Origin: a virus
Taxonomy: Duplodnaviria; Caudoviricetes
DNA length: 64,000 nt
Virus record (IMG/VR): IMGVR_UViG_3300028833_005986
Span: 32,001 to 96,000 of that record
Strand: one strand, 5' to 3'
In this document: positions 33,792-44,701 of the stretch, piece by piece
Numbering within the stretch: position 1 is the stretch's first letter
How the letters are laid out: every line of letters begins with the position of its first letter
Program-made: the position numbers and the translations under genes
The notes under the pieces: model-generated
Database searches by the model: none
Seen by the model: the letters and a program-made list of their open reading frames with translations, nothing else
What the model was told of the DNA's origin: nothing

Positions 33792-35582
33792 ATGTTATGT
33801 ATTCCATATAATTCAATCGAATTAAATAATAATGCAGTAGGTAAAATTTTTAGAATTTATAATAAAAATAATAATAAATCTTATATTAATTATACTAATA
33901 ATAATTTATTTACTATATCAAATATTATAAATGAATTAAAAGCAAAAAAATTCTATATTACTGATATGCAAAATGATTGGAATAATAATATTGCTAATTT
34001 TTTTGCAGAAGATTTACAATTATATTATTCAATTAATGAAATTTCTATATTAATGATTAATTGGCAAAATTATTTTGGCGGTACCAATAAAGAATTATTA
34101 TATAATATTGAAGAATTTAAAAATCATAAGAATATTGATGAGTTATTGGATGAAAATAAATATTATATTTATTATACTACACAATTATTAAAAGTAAATA
34201 AAAATTTACAAGAACAATTAAATATTTTAAATCAGAATTATATTAATTTACAAAATTATAATATTAATATAAAAAATGATTTAACATCAATTAATACATT
34301 AATTGCCCAACAAATTAAAGATTCACCAATTCAAATATTACAAATGTTAACTTCATTATTAACTATTACTAGCGCAGAATGTAATATTCAATTTAATAAA
34401 TCTATAATTAATTCTTTATCCACTAATACAACTTCTACTAATAATATGATTAATAATGAAAATAATTCTTCGCAGCAAAAAATTATTATTGCTAATAATA
34501 ATTCTTTGACTAATGAAAATATTATAAATGAATCTATTTCTAATGAAAATAAATTTATCTCTAATGAAAATAAATTTATCTCTAATGAAAATGAAAATAA
34601 TCATAAAAAAATGTATAATAAAAATCAGTCATTAGTAATACAAGATACTAAAATTACATATAATAAAATAAATGCAGCAATACAGCTTATTCAACAATAC
34701 ATTCCTATACTAAAACGTCTTATAAAAGTATTAAGAAGTAATCAATTCGTTAATATTAATAGTAAAGATAAAGTATTAAACGATATTAATGATATTCAAA
34801 ACTTATTTAATCGTATAAACGCTCAAATTATTATATATAAAGAAAATATTATATTATTAAATAATAGTTCACAATTCGTTAATATTATGAATAAAATTAA
34901 TAAGCAATTACAAAATTTTAAAAATGATTTTAATGGATTAAAAAATAATATTTATAATCGTATTAAACAGATTGAATTAAAAAATAATTCAAAAATTAAT
35001 ACTGATAATTTAAGTATAGAAGAATTGATAAAATTAAAATTACAAAAAAGTGATAATAATATAAAAACAAAAGTAGAAAATACTATTAATAATAAATCGA
35101 ATAATAATATAGAAACAAAAGTAGAAAATATTATTGATAATAAATCGAATAATAATAACAATAATACTAATGATGATATTAATAATGAAAAAAATGATTT
35201 TAAATTATTTCCGTTATTTGATGGTAAAAAGCCAATCGCCGCTTGGCTACGTATTGCATATCAATGGTTAATTAATAATAATTATATCAATTTTGCTCAA
35301 GAGTTACAACATGAAGTTAATAAATCATTAATTAATAAATCTCCAACCAAAGCATTAAATTACGCTTTAACTTATAATAAAGGTATTAATTATAATGATA
35401 TTGCTAAACTATTTAATATATCAAAAATCAAAGTTATGCAAAGTATTGATAGCTTACAAGCTACACATCCTGCAATTTATTTAGCATTAGGTTATAAAAG
35501 TAAAAATTCACAAGGTAAAAATAAACGTGTTATAAAAACTTTACACAACCTTAATATTACTAATATTCCTTCAGAATTATAA
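33792..35582 (+). CDS. Asn-rich coiled-coil protein with degenerate N-terminal GIY-YIG-like segment and internal tandem repeats
   Basis: GKIFRIYNKNNNKSYINYT; 21-bp repeat (ISNENKF) near 34537-34595; 45-bp repeat near 35054-35150. Confidence 0.6.
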   Translation: MLCIPYNSIELNNNAVGKIFRIYNKNNNKSYINYTNNNLFTISNIINELKAKKFYITDMQNDWNNNIANFFAEDLQLYYSINEISILMINWQNYFGGTNKELLYNIEEFKNHKNIDELLDENKYYIYYTTQLLKVNKNLQEQLNILNQNYINLQNYNINIKNDLTSINTLIAQQIKDSPIQILQMLTSLLTITSAECNIQFNKSIINSLSTNTTSTNNMINNENNSSQQKIIIANNNSLTNENIINESISNENKFISNENKFISNENENNHKKMYNKNQSLVIQDTKITYNKINAAIQLIQQYIPILKRLIKVLRSNQFVNINSKDKVLNDINDIQNLFNRINAQIIIYKENIILLNNSSQFVNIMNKINKQLQNFKNDFNGLKNNIYNRIKQIELKNNSKINTDNLSIEELIKLKLQKSDNNIKTKVENTINNKSNNNIETKVENIIDNKSNNNNNNTNDDINNEKNDFKLFPLFDGKKPIAAWLRIAYQWLINNNYINFAQELQHEVNKSLINKSPTKALNYALTYNKGINYNDIAKLFNISKIKVMQSIDSLQATHPAIYLALGYKSKNSQGKNKRVIKTLHNLNITNIPSEL

Positions 35583-35651
35583 AAAATAATATTTATAAAA
35601 ATATTATTTTTTATATAAATATATCATTCCGTTACGAAAACATTTTAAAAC

Positions 35652-35686
35652 AAAAGAGTAGATATAAAAAATATCTACTCTTTTTT
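35652..35686. terminator. bidirectional terminator between convergent genes
   Basis: AAAAGAGTAGATAT-aaaa-ATATCTACTCTTTT. Confidence 0.75.
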
Positions 35687-36686
35687 TAATTATATTGTTC
35701 TAATAACCATAATGCATCAACTTTTTCATTAATAAATCTATTTCTTAATCCATTAATTACACTTAAATTATAAGCGTGACAGAAATTATAAGTTGATCGA
35801 TAATATCCTAAATTATAATCCCAATATACAGAATCGCATTCACCAATTAAAAAGTTATAAATTTCAATAATAATATCATTATCAAAATATGCACTATCAA
35901 TATAGGATAAATTAGGATATTCAAATATATCTTCATTTACATATTCTAATAAGCTAATACATCCAGAATTGCCATTTTGAATCGCACGAGCAAAAATTAC
36001 ACTTTGCATTGCAAATGAATGTTTATCTATATTAAAATATTTAACTTTTAAACGCTGTAACACAGGATAATAATATTGACTTAATGCAAATTCATCTTGT
36101 AGCTTTTCAAAATTACCGGGATCAACATTACCTAATTGCTGCCACAATTTAATAAATTTATTACTATTAATAGTATACTTATTTAATTCTTTACCATAAT
36201 TCGCTAATCGAGGGTGTGAATAATTACATAACCATTGTACAAATTCATCTACTACTCCAACGGTAGATGAGAATTGATATTTCTAGTATATTTATTCAAT
36301 TTTTCTTTAAAAAAATTCTATATGTAATTAAATTATATTAGAATTTATTTGAAGAAAAATTGAATAAAATTATTAATCTATTTATATGAAATTAAATAGC
36401 ATATGACTATATCTTTATTAAAAGACTTTTAATAAATTTCGATATAATTAAATATATTTACTTATAATTAGTCGTTAGATAAATATTTATTATATTAATA
36501 AATATTTATTATTGATATATTAAATATTAATTATATCAATAATTATATATTATATTAATAGCATTAATATTTACCATAAGATTGTCCACCAATATCTCCA
36601 TAACCAGTAGAAACAAATCCTGGTCCGCGGCCAGAAGTTTCATATTTATTAATTAAATATGTAATAATTGGAATATATTCATTCAT
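35686..36686 (-). CDS. peptidoglycan hydrolase (VgrG3 C-terminal-like muramidase), spliced from exons 36686-36573 and 36282-35686 (236 aa)
   Basis: Spliced motif KYETSGRGPGFVSTGYGDIGGQSYG|KYQFSSTVG; later F..LQ.EF....YY.P, ARAIQNG, GLRNRF.NE. Confidence 0.85.
36283..36572 (-). ncRNA. group I-like intron, 290 nt
   Basis: P1 ATGGT/GCTAT (U.G); R CTAACGACTA, S AAGATATAGTCA; ends CTAG; restores the SYGKYQ motif. Confidence 0.92.
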
Positions 36687-36688
36687 TT

Positions 36689-36856
36689 TTATTTTTCCTC
36701 TTTTCTCTTTTCTTGTATTGCTTTATTATACTCTTTACTATCGGTAAAAACATAATTTTTATCATGTTCAACCGTAAAATGATCTGCTGGATCTTGCGGA
36801 ATAAAAATATTAATTGTATCAATAGCATTTTCATTGTCATCTTCTAATTTAATCAT
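36689..36856 (-). CDS. small acidic protein, 55 aa (MIKLEDDNENAIDT...), not in ORF track
   Basis: Translated by hand; GGAGA RBS; abuts the muramidase start. Confidence 0.65.
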   Translation of the reverse strand: MIKLEDDNENAIDTINIFIPQDPADHFTVEHDKNYVFTDSKEYNKAIQEKRKEEK

Positions 36857-36868
36857 TAAATCTCCGCA

Positions 36869-37027
36869 TTAATCAATAGGATCTAGATAAAAAGTAACAA
36901 AACATTTACGATTATCTAAATTATATTCATAAACTTCATGCACTGGCATTTTTTTAGGATAATCATCGCTACGAATTTTAGCAATTCTATTAATTATTCT
37001 ATTTATGTTTTTTTCTCTATACTTCAA
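36869..37027 (-). CDS. small protein, ~52 aa (..NRIINRIAKIRSDDYPKKMPV..), start uncertain
   Basis: Open frame translated by hand. Confidence 0.45.
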   Translation of the reverse strand: MKYREKNINRIINRIAKIRSDDYPKKMPVHEVYEYNLDNRKCFVTFYLDPID

Positions 37028-37267
37028 TATATTAAAATATTACTTTATTAAAAAATAATTATATATAATAAAAAAAATGACTAAAGAAATTAAATCTCTT
37101 TAGCCTTTTTATGTGCTTATTTAAGTAAAATTCAATAATAATACTACTATTATCATTAACTCAGCATCTGAACTCTTAGTCTACTTATCACTATTCCTAT
37201 ATATGCTTTTTATATGACTTAACATATAATATAATCATGTTTTTAATTTTTAAATTATAACAATTAA

Positions 37268-40200
37268 TTAAAATGTTAATCTCCATGTACACTAAATAAT
37301 ATTGGACTATATAATTAATTAATAAAGTTATTATAGTCTCTGAAGAATATACAAATTCTTACTGATTAAATTATTATTAATTACTTTCAGTAATTTAAAC
37401 TTTTTATATAACTACTACATATATTAAATAGTTAATCTAGAACTTGCGTCTTTCTAATATATTATTATTTTAGCATATACTTAAAATATCTTATATATTT
37501 TATATAAGTTTAGATTATATCTTTTATATAATTAAATATAAACTATTATTATAATCGTTGTATATATAAATTATTCTTATATAATTTATATATTACTAAT
37601 TAATATTATTAATAATATTTTTAGTAAATAAATAATTTACGGAACAAAAATCTATTATAAGAATATAAAATTTTTATAATAATAAAAAACATCGTTCCAA
37701 ACTGGAAATACTTTCATTATTTTTTATTTGGACTATATCATATATAAAAATTATTTATATTAATATTACTAGTCTCTGATATGATTAATAATCATATACT
37801 GATTTATTTATTAAAAATAAATATTCCAGTAATTTTATTATTTTATAATCGTAAAGTATTTAAAATATAATCAAAATTTTATCAGCGATTGAACATATAA
37901 CCAGTATCTTTTCCAGCTCCATTTTCCCAGGCAGAAGCATTTCCGCCAAATATAGCCATTTCAGTAATTGGACCTACAGCTTCATCTTCATTAAATGTTG
38001 TTACTAATTTTAGAATATTCGTATTATAATCTTGCTGATAATTTTTAAAATATCTTCTCATCTTAAAAATTCATACCAATTAAGCTCTCTTGTTATTATA
38101 TATGTACTAATATATAATCAAATCAATCTACACTTCGCAGCGTATTCTAAAATCAATTCAATATATACTTATCTCTTATATATATCATAATCAATTCTAT
38201 ATTGATTCTTGAACTCTAATTCGTATTGGCGCTACCAGCGCACCTCTACAGTATAAAGTAGATATATCTTCATATAAATTATGTATATCTCGACTTTCTA
38301 TTAAGTCTTCATAAGATATCTTTCTACTTATAACCTTACCTTTATTTAACTGTTTTATTTTTTTATATTCTTTATTTAATAAATATTTCTTTAATATATT
38401 CAAAGATCCATTCATATCTGCATTTATTAATATACCATTCTTGGACTTATAAAGTCCTCTCTTTATTCTCTTACCTGCAAAGTGTTTCTTTTTTAATTCT
38501 ATCTTATCATTTATTGTTCTTAATACATATCCTAATTTTTCATCTTTTTTATATGATAATATATAATCATTATCTAAGAAAGAAGCTTTAGATGTAAATG
38601 ATTCTTCTTGAAGAACAAATTTAATATTATTCATCTTACATCTATATTCTAAATTATCTTTTATCTTACTAAATGGTATACTAGTAAAGAATTGATTATT
38701 TTTCTTACCTAAATTAGATTTTCTTTGAAAGTCATTGTTCCATCCTAATATAATAATTTTTATATTATTTTGTAAAGAATAATCTATTAATTTTTTACAA
38801 ATCTTATGGATATAATAATTAACTTTATTATTTCTTTTCTTTAATATATTATACATCTTTTTTGTATATCTTAATTTTTTATTAGTATTTTTCTTTTGTA
38901 ATTTACTAATAATTCTATTATATCCTTGATTTATAGATTTCAATTCTTTACCATCTAATATAAAACTATTAATTTTTTTCTTAGAATTATGATTATAATT
39001 AATACAAGTCATTAAATTATTAATGCCTAAATCAATTGATAAATAATTATTATTAACTTGTATATTATCATTAATTTCTATTTCATAGGTATAATGAATT
39101 TCAAAAATTTTACCTTTATATTTAGGAATTACTTGAATATATTTTATTTTTTTATCTTTTAATATAGCAGGTATTTTTATTCTAAATCTATCTTTACTTT
39201 TTAAAGTTAAATTATATTCTTTTAATATTTGATAACTTAGAGGAATAATCCATTCATTATTTTTATTTATATGAATTTTATTAGTTGGAAGTATAAAATA
39301 ATCATTTTTGTCTAAATATTTAGGAATATTACATTTTAAACCTTTTTGTTTTAAAGTGAAGAAAGATTTAAAATTTTCATCTATTATATATAAGATATTA
39401 CAACTACAATTAGCTTCTAATAATTTATAATTAATATTATTTTTAATACTATGATAATTATCTATATAATTTAAATATTTACCAATATTAAAGAAATATT
39501 GTCTAATATTATATAGAGCAGAATTATATAGATTTTTACTATATTTACATAATTTTTTAAATAATATATATAATTGTTTATATTTATATATACTGACTTG
39601 TTGTTTAACAGTTAAATAACATTTTTCTTTTTTATTGATATTATTTTTAAGATTTCTACTAATAATAATAATTCACATCTTTTTAATATTATAAATTTTA
39701 ATAATATTAACAGTTTAAATAACTATTAGTAATAGGATTAGATATTTTAAAACCTATTAAGCTTTGATTTTAATTAAAGCATAGATTATATCATTAATAT
39801 ATAAGATATATAATTAATGATTCTATAGAAATATACAATATTAATCGTTAGATAGATATATATTGATAAAATATATATTTATTATTGATCTATTATAAAA
39901 TTATAAATATTCCAATAAATAATTAAATTATCAAACCATTGTATGGTTCATCGTTTTCATCAACAAAACACCACGAAGTAAATTTCTTACGATATAATTC
40001 ACCTACTAATCTAGTATCAGTTAATTGTGCTTTATGTTCCACCTCTGGATCCATAATATCCCATAATACTGTATTAACTTTATTATTTACACGGTCATAT
40101 GGCTGATCTTCGTGTTCGAGAATACCAACGCCAACAGCTAAAACCTGTAAGCCTGTAATTTTTTGAATATCACTAACAGTAGTACCAGTTTCCGATTCCA

Positions 40201-40399
40201 TTACTGGTGCCATTCTCCAAGCCATTAATTCGCTAGCTTTATTAACAATTAAATTTTTTGTAGTTTGTTCTTTTGTAATTTCTTTAGCGCCTTCAATTTT
40301 ACCTGTTTTAGGATTATATTCTCCGCCTTTGTGCATAACCATTGAAATTTCGCCTTTAATTACATGCTGTTTTTTATAATCTTCATTATTTATACTCAT
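37268..40399 (-). CDS. baseplate/tail-associated structural protein, 5 exons (40399-39935, 38034-37885, 37714-37694, 37453-37428, 37289-37268; 227 aa)
   Basis: Spliced product NLIVN..LAVGVG..L.GELYRK..G|QDYNTNIL...F.E.EAVGPITEMAIFGG...MFNR|KVFPVWN|KDASSRLTI|TWRLTF* forms one coherent phage structural fold. Confidence 0.82.
37290..37427 (-). ncRNA. group I-like intron, 138 nt
   Basis: P1 TAACTAT/GTAGTTA (U.G); R TCAGAGACTA, S TATAGTCC; ends TAGTG. Confidence 0.85.
37454..37693 (-). ncRNA. group I-like intron, 240 nt
   Basis: P1 TGGAAC/GTTCCG (C-G at the splice site); R CAACGATTA, S AAGATATAATCT; ends TTAG. Confidence 0.8.
37715..37884 (-). ncRNA. group I-like intron, 170 nt
   Basis: R TCAGAGACTA, S GATATAGTCC; ends AATG; candidate P1 AATCGC/ACGATT (C.A). 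Confidence 0.8.
38035..39934 (-). mobile_element. IStron-like element 1: group I intron core + tnpB + right end/omegaRNA, no transposase
   Basis: R CTAACGATTA, S GATATAATCT; tnpB downstream of the core; ends AAAAATTATCAG; highly similar to 45905-47822; removal restores the host frame. 5' end placed by alignment and frame. Confidence 0.85.
38197..39672 (-). CDS. tnpB: IS607-type TnpB RNA-guided nuclease (~491 aa; frame open to ATT codons at 39672, ORF track truncated it at 39012)
   Basis: YLTVKQQ, SKNLYN, IDLG, QEESFTSKASFLD, KRGLY, INADMNG, RG.L..P.RI; collinear with 46076..47557. Confidence 0.88.
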   Translation of the reverse strand: MIIISRNLKNNINKKEKCYLTVKQQVSIYKYKQLYILFKKLCKYSKNLYNSALYNIRQYFFNIGKYLNYIDNYHSIKNNINYKLLEANCSCNILYIIDENFKSFFTLKQKGLKCNIPKYLDKNDYFILPTNKIHINKNNEWIIPLSYQILKEYNLTLKSKDRFRIKIPAILKDKKIKYIQVIPKYKGKIFEIHYTYEIEINDNIQVNNNYLSIDLGINNLMTCINYNHNSKKKINSFILDGKELKSINQGYNRIISKLQKKNTNKKLRYTKKMYNILKKRNNKVNYYIHKICKKLIDYSLQNNIKIIILGWNNDFQRKSNLGKKNNQFFTSIPFSKIKDNLEYRCKMNNIKFVLQEESFTSKASFLDNDYILSYKKDEKLGYVLRTINDKIELKKKHFAGKRIKRGLYKSKNGILINADMNGSLNILKKYLLNKEYKKIKQLNKGKVISRKISYEDLIESRDIHNLYEDISTLYCRGALVAPIRIRVQESI

Positions 40400-40570
40400 A
40401 TATTTTTATCTCCATTCTTTTATTTTTTAATATAATATTTATTAATAAGATAATTTGTTAATTAGATTATTAATTTATCTATATAATAATATTAATATAA
40501 TTAACGAATTAATTAATAAAAAATAATATTAATTTATTAAATAACTAATAAATTAAGTAATATTAATTTG

Positions 40571-42162
40571 TTATATAGCTAACAAATTAATAAATTCAAG
40601 TTCTTTACGTAATTGCTTATTTTCTTCTATTAAAGCTTCAATTCCTTTAGTATGAATATCCATATTATCTTGAGTATCTTTTACATAAGTATTAAAATTA
40701 CTTAATTGTAAATATTTCGTATTTAATTCATTCGTTCCTAAAAATGCTTGATAGCGCTGATCTTGTATATCATTCCAATAAATTACATTAGCAAATTTAC
40801 CGTCTAATGATACTCTATCGGATATAGAACTAAAATTTTGCCAATTAATTGCTCCATAAATATTATGATAAGCATTATAGCCGGTTGTGTTTAATCTAGC
40901 GACTTCAAATAAAGGTATTGCATAAACATATCCATCCATAGTATTAAAGATATTCATAGTTTCTGCGCCTTTACCTGCAATAAACATATGCGGGTCATTA
41001 AACGGTTCAAAATCAGCCGTAGTATATATATAATCTAAATTATCATAAACTTTTGGACCTTGCTGATATTTTTTAAAATATCTTTTCGTATTTTAAAAAT
41101 TTATTAAGCTTTAATGATTTAGTTAAAGCATAGATTATATCATTAATATATAAGATATATAATTAATGATTCTATTAGTATATACCTATAAAATTAATCG
41201 TTAAATATATATTTATTATTAATAAATATATATTATTGATCTATTATAATGGTTTATAAATATATCAATAAATTTTAAATTAATAATCCCTTATAAGGAT
41301 GTATATCTAAATCTTCAATACGATTTTTACCGTTATCATAATGTAATTCATGTTTATCTTCAATTGCTCTAATACACCATTGTAATTGAATTCTAGTTGT
41401 GCTGGGAATAGAAATACGATGATCAATCATTTCAAATGCTACTGAATCATTAGCTATACCACCAAATAAAGGAATGTCATCTCTAAATTTAATTTCTTTA
41501 AACCAAAATTCTAATATTACTAAATCTTGGCGTCTAACAGATGTAGCTGTAGGTGGAGGTAAATATACAACTAATCCATCGCGTTTACTTGATTCAATTC
41601 TTACAATATGTCCATGTAAAACTGCATGAAATGGATTAATAATAAAATTATTTAATTCTAATTGTGAGCCAATAGTACTAGCATCTTGAATAATATGATC
41701 ATGTTTATCTCTAATTAAAAATTGATGTGCTTTATATGCGCCTAATTCATCAGTATTAGCATTATTTGAAATTTGTAAGCATCCTGAATGCGTCATAGTT
41801 CTAATTAATTTTGCTCGTTCTTCAATCTGAATCCATTGAAGTTCCTTTATATATTTATATATTTAAATATACTTTTTAAATACATTTTTATTAAAAGTCT
41901 TAAAATAAAAATGGTTAGACTATATCTTTTTTTAAAAATAAAAATTATTATATAGTCGTTGAATATATAGATTTTTATATAAAAATTTATATATTACTAA
42001 ATAAATTGATTATTTTTAGTAATTAAATAATTCGATTGGAACAAATTTATTCCATTCATCTTCAATTAAGAAAGCATCTGATCCACCTTTTAATGACAAA
42101 AAATTAACAGTAGGATCAAATTTACCTTTCGCATTTCGTGAAAAATCAGGAAAATATGCCAT
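40571..42162 (-). CDS. virion structural protein, 3 exons (42162-42049, 41844-41287, 41062-40571; ~387 aa), paralogous to the N-terminus of 27189-31424
   Basis: IEDEWN|ELQWIQ, RQDLVILEFW, STTRIQLQW, YAIPLFEVARLN, DGKFANVI..NDIQDQR. Confidence 0.82.
41063..41286 (-). mobile_element. 224-nt tnpB-less intron of the same family as the IStrons
   Basis: Shares the 5' core (ATAATAGATCAATA, TAACGATTAA, AGAATCATTAATTATATATCTTATATATTAATGATATAATCTATGCTTTAA) and the 3' end (AGATATTTTAAAAA.TATCAG). Confidence 0.85.
41845..42048 (-). ncRNA. group I-like intron, 204 nt
   Basis: P1 TGGAAT/GTTCCA (U.G); R TCAACGACTA, S AAGATATAGTCT; ends AAAG. Confidence 0.92.
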
Positions 42163-42301
42163 TTACCTTTATTCACCTCAAATAGTATATTTATTTTTTG
42201 AAATAAATATTTTTATTTTCTTTACAATGAATTTTTATTTTTTACAAAGAATTTTTTTCTTTATAAAAAATTTTATTTTCTTTTCTTTATAAAAATAGAC
42301 T

Positions 42302-43003
42302 TTAATCTAGCATAAACAAATACGGATATACATTATTTAATAATACTGTTATTAATTCTTCATATGATTGAGTATTATTTATATCGTTTTTTAATTTATC
42401 CGGTATATTTTTTATTTCACTTATATTAATTAAAAAATATTTTATATTAATTAAATCTTGTTCTGATAATTCTCTATCTATATAGAAATGAAATAATGAA
42501 GTTAATATATCTTTATTATCAATTTTAGATTTTTCAATCTTTTCATTTTCTATTTTAGATTGTTCTTGAGCATTTATTATTTGTTCTTTAATACTATTAC
42601 TAATTATTTCATTTAAATCAGATGAATAAATTCGTTCTGAGTTAAAATATTGATCCATTTTAGAATCAATATCTTGACTTATTTGCATTTTTATATTATC
42701 TAATTTATCAAATATAATTTGATTTATATTATCAGATTCTTTATTCTTTTCTTGTATTGGAAATTTAGTATTAATATTATTTATAATTTGATGATTAATA
42801 CTATGATTACTTTTCTTTACAGTATATTTATTTTTTGGTAAAGTAACCAATTGTATATCATTATCTTCAATAATATTTAAAAAGCCGCTGGAAATTAATT
42901 TTTTATATGGATTTAAACTAATACTTCTAATTTCTTCCCCAGGCTTTATAAATTTTCCTAATATATCTAGTGTATTATTTGATACATTTTTTAATTTATA
43001 CAT
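42302..43003 (-). CDS. hypothetical protein
   Basis: ORF track. Confidence 0.7.
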   Translation of the reverse strand: MYKLKNVSNNTLDILGKFIKPGEEIRSISLNPYKKLISSGFLNIIEDNDIQLVTLPKNKYTVKKSNHSINHQIINNINTKFPIQEKNKESDNINQIIFDKLDNIKMQISQDIDSKMDQYFNSERIYSSDLNEIISNSIKEQIINAQEQSKIENEKIEKSKIDNKDILTSLFHFYIDRELSEQDLINIKYFLINISEIKNIPDKLKNDINNTQSYEELITVLLNNVYPYLFMLD

Positions 43004-43021
43004 TTTTAATCAACTACGCTT

Positions 43022-44620
43022 TTAAGTTTTATAAAAATATGAACCAGTTTGTAATAGAAATTTAGTATTATTATTACTATTATTATTACCTATTTTATTA
43101 TTAACATTATCTTCAATCGTAGTAACAGTTCCATCTGCATTTATATGTTTTAACTCTGTAATAACATTAAAATTTGGATGATAATATTCAAAAATATATG
43201 TACCTGGATCTAAAAAAAATATATATTTACCATTACTATCAGTATAATCTTGTGCACGAATATTTTCTTCACAAATTGTATCATCTTTATAAAAAACATT
43301 TACTTGTACTTCATTTATTGGATTATTCCATTTATCTTGTATTATATCTATAATTTTTAATCTACCAATTCCATTATTAATTACTGGTATATTAGAATTA
43401 GTTAATATATTAGCAGTAATATTATCCATCATAAATGTGCCATCAGGTAATACTTTTAATCGAAATATACGATTAAAATCAGTATTATCTAAAGTACCAT
43501 TTACTTTTAGTATATAAAATCCTTCGTCTAAATATAATTCCCATACTCCATTAGTATCAGTATTAGTTTCAGCTATTTTTATTGCTGGATTTATTATGTC
43601 AAAAACAGTAATATTTAAATTATATAATGGTTGTCCTGTCTTAGTAGTAAATGAATCTGTTAATCTAAATAATCCTGTACCTTGCAAAACAGAATTATTA
43701 CTCAATGAAATAGTTTCAAATAATAAATGATTATTATCATCGGTAATTTCAGTATATACAATTTCATCATTATAACCATTACGTGAAAAAATAAATTTAT
43801 ATTGATTAGGATATAAATAAGCTTCCCAATAACCTTCACGATTTGTTAATGATTGATATACTTTAGATTCAGTATTAATTTCTGTATTAGTTTCATAAAT
43901 AGATACTCTAACATCCTCGGCTGGAATAGTGGTATTTTTATAATTAACATAACCAGTAATTTTTACAGTATCCTCATATATAGAGGACTGTTGAATAATA
44001 TAAAACATTTCCATAGTATGAGCAATACTATTATCGTTACATTTATCAAAATTTAAATTCTGTAATTGTATATCGTCTAAATATTGCTTACTAATTAAAT
44101 CATAATATTTTTTATTATAAATAGATTTATATATAACTTGATATTGTCCAGGAGATAAATCATAAGGAATTGAATAATTATAATAAAATTCATTATTACC
44201 CATAGTTAACATATTAGTCCAAGGTAAATCTTCATATATATTTCCATCATTATCATGTAAAATTCTACATTGCATTTGGTGTGAAATTTGTTCTACAATA
44301 ACACAATCTTCAATATTTAAATCTTCTAATGAATGTACATAATAATTTGATGTCCATGAATAGCCATTTAAATATATATTAGAATAATATGAATTATATG
44401 CATAATAAGTAGTATCCCATGCAGTATCAACTAAATAATCAGAATAATATCTCATATATTGATCATAAGTAACATATTCACCATTGATATATAAGCCATA
44501 TTTGGAATTATCTGTAGCAATATGATTAAGATCTTCTTGATGATTAGTAATAATATTTAATCCTGGCTGAAATGATGAATATAAAAAGATAACTTCTCCT
44601 GGAAAATAAACATTTTTCAT
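43022..44620 (-). CDS. virion protein with three carboxypeptidase-regulatory-like (Ig-like) repeats
   Basis: Three P..V.V.....T...G.(W/Y)...L.PG.Y repeats. Confidence 0.7.
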   Translation of the reverse strand: MKNVYFPGEVIFLYSSFQPGLNIITNHQEDLNHIATDNSKYGLYINGEYVTYDQYMRYYSDYLVDTAWDTTYYAYNSYYSNIYLNGYSWTSNYYVHSLEDLNIEDCVIVEQISHQMQCRILHDNDGNIYEDLPWTNMLTMGNNEFYYNYSIPYDLSPGQYQVIYKSIYNKKYYDLISKQYLDDIQLQNLNFDKCNDNSIAHTMEMFYIIQQSSIYEDTVKITGYVNYKNTTIPAEDVRVSIYETNTEINTESKVYQSLTNREGYWEAYLYPNQYKFIFSRNGYNDEIVYTEITDDNNHLLFETISLSNNSVLQGTGLFRLTDSFTTKTGQPLYNLNITVFDIINPAIKIAETNTDTNGVWELYLDEGFYILKVNGTLDNTDFNRIFRLKVLPDGTFMMDNITANILTNSNIPVINNGIGRLKIIDIIQDKWNNPINEVQVNVFYKDDTICEENIRAQDYTDSNGKYIFFLDPGTYIFEYYHPNFNVITELKHINADGTVTTIEDNVNNKIGNNNSNNNTKFLLQTGSYFYKT

Positions 44621-44701
44621 TATACATCACTTTTTAATATATTTTTTATATATAAAGAAAATAAGTAGAAAATTTATGTAGTTAGAATGTGGTGATGATT
44701 T

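Noticed and set aside
37120-37185. Frame TKSSDAELMI.. resembling an alternative last exon
   Set aside because: No R/S boxes or splice signals link it; the gene already terminates at 37268.
40400-40570. AT-only gap as a further intron
   Set aside because: No complementary R/S pair; flanking genes have their own stop and RBS/start.
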